From Candidatus Latescibacterota bacterium (lineage in GTDB: Bacteria > Latescibacterota > UBA2968), in contig OZ242010.1 of assembly GCA_965204745.1 (NCBI GenBank), positions 480,001 through 544,000 on the forward strand: a DNA stretch of 64,000 bases. Reading direction: 5' to 3'. Made by a program: the position numbers and the translations under genes. A model generated the notes under the pieces. That model saw nothing but the letters and a program-made list of their open reading frames with translations. It had not been told where the DNA came from and did not search any database. Shown piece by piece: positions 62,533-64,000 of this stretch; within the stretch, counting starts at the first letter, position 1; each line of letters begins with the position of its first letter.

Positions 62533-63408
62533 ATGTCCTCCTCGACCTCTATTCGCCATGTTCTGACATGGGCTAGCGATGTCCTCGGCCAAGCGGGTGT
62601 TTCCAGCCCGCGGGTGGATGCCGAATGGGTGCTCGCCCATGTGCTCCAATGCCCGCGTTCGGAATTGCATGTGCGGGCGCGCCAACCGCTTGTTGCGGCA
62701 CAGGGTGCGACCTTTCGCAACTTGATTTTCCGCCGCGCGAATCGCGTTCCCCTACAACACCTCTTGGGCAGCACGGAATTTTACGGCCTTCCCTTTTACG
62801 CGTCGCCCGCTGGGCTCATTCCCCGTCCGGAAACCGAGACCCTGGTCCAAGTCGCCATCGACCACTTGAAAGACTGCCCGAATCCGCTCATCCTCGACCT
62901 GGGCACGGGATCGGGGATCATCGCCATTGCACTGGCAAAAGAACTGCCTGCGTCTCGGCTGATCGGCGCGGATCTATCGCACAGCGCGCTTTGCCTCGCC
63001 CGTCGAAACGCCCGCCTCAATGCGGTGTCCAACCGCGTTGCTTTTGTACGAGCCGATCTCCTCGCGCCCTTTGTGGCGTCAGCGCATTTTCACGCCATCC
63101 TCTCCAATCCGCCCTATATTCGCAGCGCCGAGATCGACGCGCTCCAACCCGAGGTGCGCGCTTTTGATCCGCGCATCGCCTTGGACGGAGGCCGCGATGG
63201 CCTGCGGTTTTACCGCGAGATCATTCCCCGCAGTATTCCGTTGCTCGCGCCGGGCGGGCTGTTGGGTTTGGAAATCGGCCATGGCCAAGGCCGCGCTGTC
63301 ACGCGCTTGATCGCGCAAGCCGCGGGCCTAACCCATGTCGGTACTTATGCGGACCTGTGCGATGACCCCCGTGCCGTCCTCGCCCGCAAACAAATCCGAT
63401 TGTATTGA
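62533..63408 (+). CDS. prmC: Release factor glutamine methyltransferase
   Basis: LIPRPETE, LDLGTGSG, SNPPY, ALDGGRDGL. Confidence 0.95.
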   Translation: MSSSTSIRHVLTWASDVLGQAGVSSPRVDAEWVLAHVLQCPRSELHVRARQPLVAAQGATFRNLIFRRANRVPLQHLLGSTEFYGLPFYASPAGLIPRPETETLVQVAIDHLKDCPNPLILDLGTGSGIIAIALAKELPASRLIGADLSHSALCLARRNARLNAVSNRVAFVRADLLAPFVASAHFHAILSNPPYIRSAEIDALQPEVRAFDPRIALDGGRDGLRFYREIIPRSIPLLAPGGLLGLEIGHGQGRAVTRLIAQAAGLTHVGTYADLCDDPRAVLARKQIRLY

Positions 63409-63433
63409 CTTTTCCGACCTTTTTTATTACTTT
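63405..63433 (+). promoter_or_regulatory. Putative sigma70 promoter
   Basis: TTGACT-N17-TACTTT upstream of the prenyl synthase gene. Confidence 0.5.
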
Positions 63434-63498
63434 CTCACGCCTTAAAAACGGTTTGAATCGGAAGATCGTCCCGTCAATCTCTCATCCCATTATCCGCT

Positions 63499-64000
63499 AT
63501 GTTAGACCAAATTTTCGCGCCCATCCAATACCAGATCGCGCGGTTTGAAGCGCGTCTCGAAGAAGTGATGATGGCCTCCGATGTCTATGGCATTCAAAAA
63601 ATGGCCTATCACGTCGTCAAAAATCGGGGCAGGCGTTTTCGCCCCGCGCTCGCATTGTTGACCGCGCAAGCCGTGGGCGAGTGTTCAGACGCGGTGATCG
63701 ACGCGGCTGTGGGCGTCGAGATTATCCAAACCGCATCGCTGGTTCACGACGATGTGATCGACAATGCGGAAACGCGCAGGGGTTGCAATGGCCTGCATCT
63801 GCAATGGGGCAATCGCACGGCCATTTTGATGGGCGATTTTCTTTTTGCCAAATCCATGCAAGTGCTCGTCGGGCTCGATTCCCTGCCGGTGATGAACGCC
63901 ACGACCCACGCGATTCAGCGCATTGTGGAGGGGGAAATTCTCGAGGGCGAAGCCTCTGCCTCGGGCGAAGCGTCCCTCTATTTTCGCATGATCGACAAAA
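63499..64000 (+). CDS. Polyprenyl diphosphate synthase (runs off the window end)
   Basis: Manual translation: GRRFRP, ASLVHDDVIDNAETRRG, AILMGDFL. Confidence 0.93.
   Translation, partial: MLDQIFAPIQYQIARFEARLEEVMMASDVYGIQKMAYHVVKNRGRRFRPALALLTAQAVGECSDAVIDAAVGVEIIQTASLVHDDVIDNAETRRGCNGLHLQWGNRTAILMGDFLFAKSMQVLVGLDSLPVMNATTHAIQRIVEGEILEGEASASGEASLYFRMIDK

Overview
A 64-kb bacterial chromosomal window with a GC-rich backbone and AT-richer accessory patches. The dockerin/EF-hand-like C-terminal domain at 51551-52360 and the gene set suggest a Latescibacterota/Gemmatimonadota-like Gram-negative organism, but this is inference only. Housekeeping blocks are fabG-acpP-fabF-rnc-lipoate ligase, ddl-tRNA-Thr, a MacAB-like ABC system, pyrG-lptC-lptA-lptB...rpoN and rho-rpmE2-prfA-prmC-polyprenyl synthetase. 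The most notable feature is a ~15-kb minus-strand locus (19826-35054) behind a textbook sigma54 promoter. It encodes two GT-B glycosyltransferase genes, three intact and one frameshifted double-glycine-leader peptides (one ending in seven consecutive Cys), a CAAX protease split at a T10 tract, further peptidases, a C39 peptidase ABC exporter, HlyD and a PpiC foldase. No LanM, YcaO or radical-SAM enzyme is present, making it a candidate new glycosylated RiPP class. Also present are a 547-bp ORF-less IS200/IS605 derivative that rewrote the fabG stop codon and appears to keep a TnpB reRNA-like end, and a SapI-like HNH restriction system with a fused double methyltransferase. Several defence/toxin-antitoxin cassettes and remnants occur, along with a dense family of modular intergenic repeats, one of which has entered the hlyD reading frame in-frame with a 28-bp duplication. 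All family assignments are from motif recognition by eye; no database searches were run.
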